This document shows, one piece after another, positions 50,914-64,000 of a stretch of 64,000 nucleotides of DNA. Source of the stretch: Octopus sinensis (taxonomy: Eukaryota); the NCBI RefSeq assembly GCF_006345805.1, contig NC_043002.1:33852001-33916000 (forward strand). Reading direction: 5' to 3'. The position numbers and the translations under genes are program-made. Positions within the stretch are counted from its first letter, which is position 1; each line of letters opens with the position of its first letter. The notes under the pieces were generated by a model that was not told the origin of the DNA, did not search any database, and worked only from the letters and a program-made list of their open reading frames with translations.

Positions 50914-51558
50914 ACGAGCTGGGACAATCGATAGAGCGTCGGGAAAATATTTCACGATATTTGTTCCGCTTCCTTACATTCTGAGTTCAAATTTCGAAAA
51001 GACTAACAGCTTTTCGTCCATTCGAGGTCAATAAATTACTATAACAGGTAATAGGGCAATGTGATAGACTAACTGTTTTCCCCTCGTGGTTTTGTGCTCA
51101 TGTTAGAATTATTATTATTACGAAGGTGATGGCTAGAAAGATTCCTGCTGTTTAGTCATGTTCTTTTTTACAGAAATAATTGAATTCCTGCTGTAGCCGA
51201 TTTTTCCTTATCTCTCGGGGAACAATAAACAAAGCGCAGGTCAAGTACTGGGTTGATTCGTGGTCGATTTCACCTAGTTTCAGCTGTTGTGTAAACGAAA
51301 GGAAACATTCAATAAAATTAATTAGATTTGTGCGTGATCAACACAGGTGAGTTGTGACAATTCAGGTCGGGCATGTCTCCGACTTTTTCGAGAAGCGGTT
51401 TTCCACGAACAGCAAGACATTTCGCCTTGGGTAATTTCTTGTAAAAAAAAGGTCCTTGGTGAAACCTCGGAACCTATCCCCCCTATGGCACACGAAATCA
51501 TCATATTTAACTTACATTTGTAAGTTATTTTTTTACTTAAAATGTACGTTAACTAATT

Positions 51559-51614
<56 letters not shown>

Positions 51615-51616
51615 CA

Positions 51617-51780
51617 GTTGAAATTTAAAGAAAAACAAAAGACGAAGACAGGTGTATGAACAACAAACAGGTGTAATAGTTTGACGCTCTGGAAAGTGAA
51701 AACGTCTTTTACGTTTCGAATTTACGCTCTTCAATAGAAAGAAATAAGAGAAAATAAACAGAAAGAGAATAAAAAAAACT
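51617..51780 (-). mobile_element. Penelope-like terminal repeat family (copy 2) with hammerhead-like fold
   Basis: Minus strand 51742-51705: UCUUU-CUAUUGA-A-GAGC-GUAA-AUUC-GAAA-CGUA-AAAGA; homologous to 5685-5880. Confidence 0.5.
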
Positions 51781-51994
51781 TGTGGATCTAGCAGTCAAGT
51801 ATATATATATATATATATATATATAGATATATATATATATATAGATAGATAGATAGATAGATAACACACACACACACATATATATATTATATATGGTGCC
51901 CCAGCATGGCCACAGCTCGTGAGCTGAAACTAGAATCAATCAATCAATCAATATATTATATATATATTACATATATATTATATATATATATTAT

Positions 51995-52033
<39 letters not shown>

Positions 52034-52037
52034 ATAT

Positions 52038-52079
<42 letters not shown>

Positions 52080-52999
52080 TATATATATATGTATGTATCT
52101 TGTTCAGCTTATATATTTGTGTATTTTTGTTTGTACTTGTGTGCACTTGTGTGTGAGATTATTTGCTCATGGGGCGTTTGTGTATACACACACACATACA
52201 CACACAGATAAATTTTAAGTATCATTGTTGAACCACAATTTCTTATTTATAAAATATGAGGAGTTCTGTTCATTGATGATCTAAACCAATAAGTACGTTG
52301 CGTAAGTGTTATAATTGGTCATCCGTTAGGTTCCAAACTCACAGCTGAGGCTGGAGCTAGGAATCCATAGTAGGCTTCTGAGGTAGCAGGTATATTGTAA
52401 AGAAAAATGGACAACAAAACCAAAGCAGGACGAGTATTTCAGGTCATTTAGAATATTTAATTAGAGTTAGGTGAATCAAAAAATTGAGAAGTAGAATTAA
52501 TGTCTTACAGCTGTTTCTGGGATATCCCAGGTAATGGATCAACCTTCCCATACACTGGGTATTCCATCATCAGAGACAAGGTATGTATGTTGGCGAGTTC
52601 CAGACAGAGAATTCAGAGTATATAGGAATAACTTTATTTTTCTACCTTTGTTCTTCTGTTTTATTTTTCTATATACTCTGAATTCTCTCATTTTTGTTAT
52701 TCTTTCATACATATTTATAGCTTCATCAATATTTAGTTTTAAAATATTAAACTAGTCGACCCAGTGAAAGAACCTTTACTACAAGAATTCCCATTCTGGA
52801 GTGCCCATACTTTCCGGAGGTGCGAGATAGCATCTCAGTGGGTGTGACAAAGAGGAGAACTGTATACTTGATTAAAATCGCTTTTCTAAATAAAATTATC
52901 AAATAACCCCTTTTATATAACTTGGTTCTACGTAGCATCCTGAGGAGTTTAATAACGTGGTCTAATTTCTTTTCTTCTTTTTTTTTAATTATTACTTAT

Positions 53000-53208
53000 C
53001 AGGTGCAGACGTGGCTGTGTGGTAAGAAATTTGCTTCTCAAACACATGATTCCAGGTTCACTTCCACTGAACAGTAACTTGGGCAAGTGTCTTCTTTTAT
53101 AGCCTCGGGCTGACCAAAGCCTTGAGATTGGATTTGGTTGGCCGAAACTGAAAGTAGACAGTCGTGTGTATGTGTGTGTGTGTGTGTATTATACATGTGT
53201 GTGTGTAT

Positions 53209-53243
<35 letters not shown>

Positions 53244-53420
53244 TTGTTCCCCATCACTCCTTGATAACTGGTGTTCGAGTGTTTGCTTCCACGAAAGTAA
53301 GTGGTTCGGTAAGAGACCGATAAAATAAGTACAAAGCTTAATAAATAAAATAAGTGCTGAGGTCGATTCATCCGACTACAAGTTCTTTAAGGTGGTGTCT
53401 CAGCATGGCCGCAGTCTAAT
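53000..53420 (+). mobile_element. SINE family 2
   Basis: CAGACGTGGCTGTGTGGTAAG head, (TG/TA) linker and 3' half. Confidence 0.75.
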
Positions 53421-56029
53421 ATAAATATAATAGAATTTTTTTAAACGTTGAGTGGCTTCAAGGGTCCATCCAAGAGAAATAGGGGTTAAAATGGTACATA
53501 AGTAAAATTGTTTGAGAACCACTGTATGAAATAATATAATTCTCTAGGACTGACTGTATAACAGGACAGAAAAGAAACGGGGTGGTCATTGTTAGAAAGC
53601 CTTTGATATATATTTACTCATTGAGAGCTGACCTGGGGTTAAACAACAACTAACATTAAAATCCACATCCTACAATTTAAAAAATATTGGTCGGTGACGG
53701 TTGGAACGCTTTTGATCATAGCTATACTAAACAACGAGGTTGGAATTATACTACAATCGTTGTCTCTTGCTATTCCCAGCGTCATACATGAAATGTTGAA
53801 CTTTGTACAGCAAGTCTTCGAAACATTTATCATTTTTCTAGCGTTACCATCAATTGCTCCACCTCGGTGGGGCCTATTTAGAGCTTAAGTTGACATGGGC
53901 AATTAAGAATGAGCGTTGTGCCTGTTAGACACAATACCGTTGGTTGGATACGAACTGACAACGCCTCTGTTAGCTGTGCGCTACATTACCTAATTAGTGT
54001 CACAGTATCAACTATAGAATATAAAATACAGCCACACACACACACACACAACTTTGATCGGTGGCGCATGTGTATGTATATGTATGTTGTTATGTGTGGC
54101 TGTCTGCGTGCGTGTGTGTGTGTGTACGTGTATGTGTGTTTGTGTGTGGGCACGCGCGCGTGTGTATGTACGCGTGTGTGCGCAAGTGCACGTGGTACTT
54201 ATGAAACGTAACGCCCAAACACCATAAAACCTCGGCTTGATCGAGCACAAATCCGTCCCTTCCTTCAGTTGTCAATTAGAAGTCAAAACAATTTCAGCAT
54301 CCTAGATAAACACACACACACACACATCTTTATGAATATATATATATATATATATTATATTAAATTAGAGATAAAACCACTATTAGGCAAATCAAACAAT
54401 GAAAACCTTAAGCCAATACATAAAATTAATTGATTTATATTATTTTAAATATATATCAAAAGTATTAAAATTTAATAAAAGATAATGAGTAAAACACTAC
54501 AATCGTTTCATGGCTGTCCAATTCGTAATAATTCGAGTTATGGTTACAGTCAATCTTCAGGTAATTGAAATATTTATCTTAGCGAGGTTTATCAATAGCG
54601 AGGTATATATATATATAATGTGTATGTGTGTGTGTGTGGTGTGTGTGTGTGTGTGTTTGTTCCCCATCACTCCTTGATAACTGGTGTTCGAGTGTTTGCT
54701 TCCACGAAAGTAAGTGGTTCGGTAAGAGACCGATAAAATAAGTACAAAGCTTAATAAATAAAATAAGTGCTGAGGTCGATTCATCCGACTACAAGTTCTT
54801 TAAGGGGTGTCTCAGCATGGCCGCAGTCTAATATAATATAATAGAATTTTTTTAAACGTTGAGTGGCTTCAAGGGTCCATCCAAGAGAAATAGGGGTTAA
54901 AATGGTACATAAGTAAAATTGTTTGAGAACCACTGTATGAAATAATATAATTCTCTAGGACTGACTGTATAACAGGACAGAAAAGAAACGGGGTGGTCAT
55001 TGTTAGAAAGCCTTTGATATATATTTACTCATTGAGAGCTGACCTGGGGTTAAACAACAACTAACATTAAAATCCACATCCTACAATTAAAAAATATTGG
55101 TCGGTGACGGTTGGAACGCTTTTGATCATAGCTATACTAAACAACGAGGTTGGAATTATACTACAATCGTTGTCTCTTGCTATTCCCAGCGTCATACATG
55201 AAATGTTGAACTTTGTACAGCAAGTCTTCGAAACATTTATCATTTTTCTAGCGTTACCATCAATTGCTCCACCTCGGTGGGGCCTATTTAGAGCTTAAGT
55301 TGACATGGGCAATTAAGAATGAGCGTTGTGCCTGTTAGACACAATACCGTTGGTTGGATACGAACTGACAACGCCTCTGTTAGCTGTGCGCTACATTACC
55401 TAATTAGTGTCACAGTATCAACTATAGAATATAAAATACAGCCACACACACACACACACAACTTTGATCGGTGGCGCATGTGTATGTATATGTATGTTGT
55501 TATGTGTGGCTGTCTGCGTGCGTGTGTGTGTGTGTACGTGTATGTGTGTTTGTGTGTGGGCACGCGCGCGTGTGTATGTACGCGTGTGTGCGCAAGTGCA
55601 CGTGGTACTTATGAAACGTAACGCCCAAACACCATAAAACCTCGGCTTGATCGAGCACAAATCCGTCCCTTCCTTCAGTTGTCAATTAGAAGTCAAAACA
55701 ATTTCAGCATCCTAGATAAACACACACACACACCATCTTTATGAATATATATATATATATATATATTATATTAAATTAGAGATAAAACCACTATAGGCAA
55801 ATCAAACAATGAAAACCTTAAGCCAATACATAAAATTAATTGATTTATATTATTTTAAATATATATCAAAAGTATTAAAATTTAATAAAAGATAATGAGT
55901 AAAACACTACAATCGTTTCATGGCTGTCCAATTCGTAATAATTCGAGTTATGGTTACAGTCAATCTTCAGGTAATTGAAATATTTATCTTAGCGAGGTTT
56001 ATCAATAGCGAGGTATATATATATATAAT

Positions 56030-56045
<16 letters not shown>
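53225..56045. repeat. ~1.41 kb tandem duplication (53225-54635 / 54636-56045), plus a diverged partial third copy at ~56480-56660
   Basis: Duplicated ORF calls at offset 1410. The differences I noticed between the two long copies are single-base indels and microsatellite length; junctions lie in (TA)(TG) tracts. Confidence 0.9.
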
Positions 56046-56069
<24 letters not shown>

Positions 56070-56654
56070 CCATCCTGGGGCACCGCGTTTAGTCGAACAA
56101 ATCGACCACAGGACTAATTCTTTGTAAGCCCAGTACTTATTCTATCCCTCTCCTATGCCGAACCGCTAAGTTAAGGGAACGTAAACACATCAACATCGGT
56201 TGTCAAGCGATGATGGAGGTGGGGGGAACATAGGCATACATACATACATACATACATACATACATACATACATACATACATACATACATACATACATACA
56301 TACATACATACATACATACATACATACATACATACATACATACATAAATTCAGGGTGAATACTTGATAATTGCAAGCACCTGTATATACCATTTAGTGGT
56401 GTAGGTGGTAGAGTATATTAATCAAAATAATCGGCACGAACTTGCCGGACAACCCAATATTTAATTATATAAATATAAAGGAATTTTTTTTTTAACGTTG
56501 AGTGGCTTCAAGGGTCCACCCAAGAGAAATAGGGGTTAAAATGGTACATAAGTAAAATTGTTTGAGAACCACTGTATGAAATAATATAATTCTTTAGGAC
56601 TGACTGTATAACAGGACTGAAAAAGAAACGGGGTGGTCATTGTTAGAATGCCTT

Positions 56655-56722
<68 letters not shown>

Positions 56723-57120
56723 ATATATAATATATATTATATATATGTGTGTGTGTGTGCGTGTGTGTATGTGTGTATATATAAGTAAAAGACTTTCTCG
56801 CTTCCTGAGCGTTAAACTAATACATCTGTTTCTTGTTTACGCAGTCGTCTTCATCTATTTTTTTGTAAATTCTCACTATATATATATGTGTGTGTGTGTG
56901 TTGTGTGTGTGTATGCACGACGAGCTTCTTTCTGTTTCAGTCTTCCCAATCCACTCACAAGGCTTTGGTCGTCGACCCGAGGTCATAGCTAAAGACATTT
57001 GCCCAAGGTGCCAGGCAGTGGGACTGAACCTGGAACCATGTGGTTGAGAAGCAAGCTTCTTACTACACAGATACGCCTTACACCTATACTATATATGTAT
57101 ATGTGTGCGTGTGTGTGTGC

Positions 57121-57173
<53 letters not shown>

Positions 57174-57194
57174 CGTATATATATATATATATAA

Positions 57195-57274
<80 letters not shown>

Positions 57275-57482
57275 CCGAAATTGCGAAGATGATCCGGTTC
57301 TTGGCTGAAGATCGAAGGCTTCGAATGTCCCGTCCGTTTTTTTGTATCGTCTTCTAAATGTTTTGCCGTTCTTGTCCCAGTTTGTGTTTTTTTACATATA
57401 CATATACATACATACATATGATTTTGATTTTTGATTTTGATTTTTCCAGTTTCAGCTAATGAGCTGTGGCCATGCTGGGGCA

Positions 57483-57523
<41 letters not shown>

Positions 57524-57805
57524 GTATACACACATATACATATATATGTATGCATGCATACATATACATACACACATATGTATGCTTATATATATGTGTG
57601 TGTGTGTAAATGTGTATATATACATGTGTGTGTATTATATATACCATACTATACTATACTATACCATACTATAGACACATACACACACACATATATTATT
57701 GACTATCGAAGATATTCAAGTACCAAATCTAGCTTAAAGCAAAAATCTGGTGCAGGGGTGGCGTAGGGTACAAAAAGGTATACTTTATGTGTGTGTGTGT
57801 GTGTG

Positions 57806-57847
<42 letters not shown>

Positions 57848-58079
57848 TGTATGCATGTATATGAAACAGTGAATCTCGAATCACATAAAGGTATAAATGA
57901 TAGCATGTAAATATTGGTTTAAAAAAAAACCCCGTTGGATGTACATGTAAATATTTACAAATGTGCTTCATATCTGTCACGCCGGCAAATATAAAAAACA
58001 CACATATATGTTACATGTACACACACACACGCACCCGCGCACACCCACAAACATACATACATACATACATACATACATA

Positions 58080-58150
58080 CTATAGCCCCGGGCCGACCAA
58101 TGCCTTGTGAGTGGATTTGGTAGACGGAAATTGAAAGAAGCCTGTCGTAA

Positions 58151-58181
<31 letters not shown>

Positions 58182-58412
58182 ATATATAATATGTGTGTGT
58201 GTGTTTGTATGTCTGTGTTTGTCCCCCTAGCATTGCTTGACAACCGATGCTGGTGTGTTTACGTCCCCGTCACTTAGCGGTTCGGCAAAAGAGACCGATT
58301 GAATAAGTACTGGGTTTACAAAGAATAAGTCCCGGGGTCGATTTGCTCGACTAAAGGCGGTGCTCCAGCATGGCCGCAGTCAAATGACTGAAACAAGTAA
58401 AAGAGTTAAAGA
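58080..58412 (+). mobile_element. SINE family 2 (5'-truncated)
   Basis: TATAGCCCCGGGCCGACCAATGCC..(TA)n(TG)n..GACTGAAACAAGTAAAAGAGTTAAAGAG. Confidence 0.8.
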
Positions 58413-59223
58413 GTTATACGTACATACATACATACGTACATACATACATACATACATACATACATACATACATACATACATAGAAATACATTAGAAGTAC
58501 GTACCACAAGAGTGTCTTGCCTGTAACAGTCCATATTTACATCAACAGCGGGAGAAAAATCCACCGTACTTTTTGCGCACCGTGCAGATACGATGTAAAC
58601 AGCGAACAACAGTCCGATCCTCTGTTAAAAGACCCGTTGATGTATATGACTGATATTATACTATAGCAGGCAGCTGCTCCCTATAATGCAGTTGTAGTGT
58701 ATATAAGGTTTACCTCTGCGCTCGGCTTACACTACATACACAACTACACCAATAAAACAGACTGCTTTTTTGTCCCCCACTGATAACGGATGCACCTCCT
58801 CTACCCATTCCTCCCACTTGGCGAATTTACTTTCACTCCTACTTCCTTTTTGTCCTACTTTCTTTCACCGGACCACACACACGCACACACACACACATGC
58901 ACACACAAACACATACAAATACACACATACACACACACTCAGGCAAGAACACATATACAGCAGTATTTACTCGCAACACTCTCTCTGTCTTTCTGTCTAT
59001 CTATCTGTCTGTTTCTCTCTCACTCACACGCACACGCGCGCATGCAAAAAACCAATAACCATATAAATATGCACATACATTCACTTACAAACATACATAG
59101 GAGCATTTATACGCACATACATATACATACACACACCTGAGTGTGTAAATGCATCAATGTATGTGCGTATATAAAAAAAAAAAAAAAATAATAATAATAA
59201 TAATAATAATAACAATAATAATA

Positions 59224-59279
<56 letters not shown>

Positions 59280-59283
59280 AATA

Positions 59284-59374
<91 letters not shown>

Positions 59375-59395
59375 AATAATAATAATAATAATAAT

Positions 59396-59426
<31 letters not shown>

Positions 59427-59434
59427 TAATAATA

Positions 59435-59546
<112 letters not shown>

Positions 59547-60335
59547 GTTGAGAAGCTCAGGACTCAAAGCAGAAACAGAGGGATTTTTAATTGCAGCACA
59601 AGACCAAAGCCTCCCCACCAGAAATTACCAAAAACATGTAATGAAAAGAAATATTACAAGTAACTGCAGAATATGTGGAGATGGACAAGAAACAATAAAT
59701 CATATTATCTCTAGCTGCCCAGTCCTGGCTAAGAAGGAATATATTCACAGACATGACAGAGTTGGAACCTACATACATTGGAAGCTATGCCAACATTATG
59801 GAATAACAACAGAAAAAAGATGGTATAGGCACACACCAGAAAAGGTCACAGAAAACGAGAAAGCAACCATACTCTGGGATATGCCGATACACACAGATAG
59901 AGAAATTAAGATCAACAGACCAGATATAGTTGTCAGAGATCATGAAGAAAAAAAATGCTTTCTAATTGATGTATCAATACCGGCAGATGACAACGTGTCT
60001 CTAAAAGAAATGGAGAAACTCTCAAAATACAAAGACCTGGAAATAGAGGTAACTAGAATGTGGAATCTGAAAACAGAAACAATTCCTATCATAGTAGGTG
60101 CATTAGGCATGATAAAAAAATATTCAGACAAATACATAACAAAAACACCAGGACTTACAAACACATATAACATACAGAAAATTGCACTACTAGGCACTGC
60201 ACACATCCTACGCAGAACACTTTCCATACAATAACCATCAGAGCATCACAACAAATCACAGCACATACCCAAGGCACACAGAGCTGCGCTCGGTAGTGAA
60301 GTGAAAGCACGCTATAAAAATAAAACTACTGAATG
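59547..60335 (+). mobile_element. Dong/R4-clade non-LTR retrotransposon family A, 5'-truncated with intact 3' ORF end
   Basis: ORF 59548-60234 has a CCHC knuckle (CRICGDGQETINHIISSC), RHD, and the RLE motif RPDIVV..IDVSIP..EKLSKY, then ~100 bp of 3' UTR; (TAA)n on both sides. Confidence 0.92.
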
Positions 60336-60408
<73 letters not shown>

Positions 60409-60468
60409 TAATAATAATAATAATGATAAAAATAATAATGATAATAATAATAATAATAATAATAATAA

Positions 60469-61027
60469 AATGCTCTGATGCAGTACCAGGCAGCGGCTCT
60501 CATGGCTTCTGATCTTAACTGACTGGAAGTGTTATCATGTACATTGTTTTTGTCTTGGTATAAAGGATGAGCTACAGCAAATATTCTGCTCAATACCACA
60601 GATTTGCTTGTCAGTTGTTTGACCGTAACCAGTTGAGCATGTCCCTTAGTGGCTGACGATATGTGCATCTCTGATCACGAGTAGAGGTAGTGGAGGAGCA
60701 TCATAGCCATGTGTTGAGGGGGATCCTTTGGGGTTTGAATGATTCACCTATGGAAACAGGGGTGTTTCATTCAACATCCTTAAACAACCCTTAATCAGGG
60801 ACCTTTTGAGTGGGATGGGTTACCCAACCAGAAGAAAATTCTAACTGGGCCCCATCCGCAAGATCATGCGCTGTTTATCTTGTTATGAGATCACCATGTC
60901 GTGCACATATGGTTGGGATGCATGTGCCTGGTGTGCCCTTATCAGACGGGTAGTCATGATGGGTATACTGGGCTTCGTATATTTGTACCCCAGTGTCACT
61001 TTGATGGAATGCACTGCTCTCTCACTC
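60469..61027. mobile_element. ~558-bp TAA-embedded element, full-length, inverted relative to 34887-35444
   Basis: (TAA)n-AATGCTCTGATGCAGTACCAGG...GCACTGCTCTCTCACTC-(AAT)n. Confidence 0.85.
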
Positions 61028-61084
<57 letters not shown>

Positions 61085-61094
61085 CATAATGATA

Positions 61095-61289
61095 ATAATG
61101 ATTTCAAATTTTGTCACAAGGGCAGCAAGTTTTTTCGGAGAAAGGATGAATCAATTTATCGACCCCAGTTTTTAACTGGTACTTATTTTATCGACCCTCG
61201 ACGGAATTTGAACTCTGAACGTAGCGACGGGCGAAATACCGCTTAGCATTTCATCCAGTGCGCTAACGATTCTGCCAGCTCGGCGCCTT
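61095..61289 (-). mobile_element. SINE family 1 (monomer)
   Basis: Reverse head, B box and core between (TAA)n tracts. Confidence 0.8.
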
Positions 61290-61302
61290 AATAATAATGA
61301 TG

Positions 61303-62875
<1,573 letters not shown>

Positions 62876-62880
62876 TAGAA

Positions 62881-63216
62881 GGCGCATGGCTTAGTGGTTA
62901 GAGCGTCGGGCTTACGATCGTGAGGTTGTGAGCTCGAATCCCGGAAAGGGCTGCGTGTTGTGTTCTTGAGCAAAGCACTTTATTTCACGTTGCTCCAGTT
63001 CACTCAGCTGTAGAAATGAGTTGCGACGTCACTGGTGCCAAGCTGTATCGACCTTTGTCTTTCCCTTGGATAACACTGGTGGCGTGGAGAGGGGAGGCTG
63101 GTATGCATGGGTGACTGCTGGTCTTCCATAAACAACCTTGCCCGGACTTGTGTCTAGGAGGGTAACTTTCTAGGTGCAATCCCATGGTCATTCATGACCG
63201 AAGGGGGTCTTTACCC
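62881..63216 (+). mobile_element. Young tRNA-derived SINE family 3
   Basis: Near identical to 42329-42664. Confidence 0.9.
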
Positions 63217-63260
<44 letters not shown>

Positions 63261-63269
63261 TAACAACAA

Positions 63270-63466
63270 TAATCTTTTCCACTCTAGGCAAAAGGCCAGA
63301 AATTCTTGGGGAGGGAGACAGTCGATTAGATCGATCCCAGTACGCAACTGAAATGCTGAAAGGCAAAGTCGACCTCGGCAGAATTTGAACTCAGAACGTA
63401 GCGACGAGCGAAATGCCGCGAAGCATTTCGTCCAGCGTGCTAACGATACTGCCAGCTCGCCGCCTT
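63270..63466 (-). mobile_element. SINE family 1 (monomer)
   Basis: GCCAGCTCGCCGCC-TTAATAATG head end and reverse core; TAA/CAA tracts on both sides. Confidence 0.8.
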
Positions 63467-63478
63467 AATAATGATAAC

Positions 63479-63512
<34 letters not shown>

Positions 63513-63536
63513 ATAATAATAATAATAATAATAATA

Positions 63537-63568
<32 letters not shown>

Positions 63569-63880
63569 GATTATGTAACCAGATGAATTTGGTATTAGTC
63601 TATTTTGTACGACGATCGTTTCGACCAATCCTGCTACTGTCCCTTATGGGCGGATGTTGTGTTGCATCCATGTTGCAGTCTGGGTCACATCAGGTACATC
63701 CATATATAAAGTGGTGTCTCGCTAAAGATCTTGAGTTTGGGCGGTCATGTTGTTATTTGCCTGTCGAGTTAGGAAATGAAGCATTGCTACAATTTTCATT
63801 ATTATTAACTTTCCATAACAAAAATAGTAAACATTTGTAATCCTTTTCTAATTCCGTTTTCTCCCCTCCCACCCTCACCA

Positions 63881-63915
<35 letters not shown>

Positions 63916-64000
63916 CTTCGTTCTCTTTTCTCGTTCTCTCTCCTTGCTCACACGTGACCATCGTCCATCTTTCTTTTCCTCACGTGACCATCTTTCTTTT

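Noticed and set aside
59547-60234. 228-aa ORF as a host gene
   Set aside because: It is a 5'-truncated retrotransposon C-terminus with no ATG start, with a second copy at 26779-27228.

Overview
AT-rich, microsatellite-dense animal genomic DNA. The repeat content suggests an octopus/coleoid cephalopod assembly (inference). One protein-coding gene is supported: a minus-strand HELT (Heslike/Megane)-like bHLH-Orange transcription factor. It has three frame-consistent coding exons (22811-22912, 17608-17704, 3483-4186). An identical second copy of the basic/helix-1 exon (24927-25028) lies in a ~2.1 kb duplication straddling a 100-N gap and is probably an assembly artefact. The first coding exon is not securely located. 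The rest is transposon debris and simple repeats: several tRNA-derived SINE families, Dong/R4-clade (RLE) LINE 3' fragments, Penelope-like RT and GIY-YIG fragments, an RTE LINE remnant, Tc1/mariner remnants and MITEs. Nearly all ORFs in the supplied track are microsatellite or antisense noise. Most notable: (i) a recurrent ~558-bp non-coding element with fixed ends, always in the same polarity within (TAA)n/(TTA)n tracts, next to Dong/R4 LINEs; (ii) minimal hammerhead-like folds in Penelope-type terminal repeats; (iii) a ~1 kb palindrome in a HELT intron; (iv) clusters of CACGTG/CACGCG, Su(H), CRE and RFX X-box motifs in and upstream of the gene. Boundaries of degenerate repeats are approximate, and family assignments come from motif recognition, not database searches.
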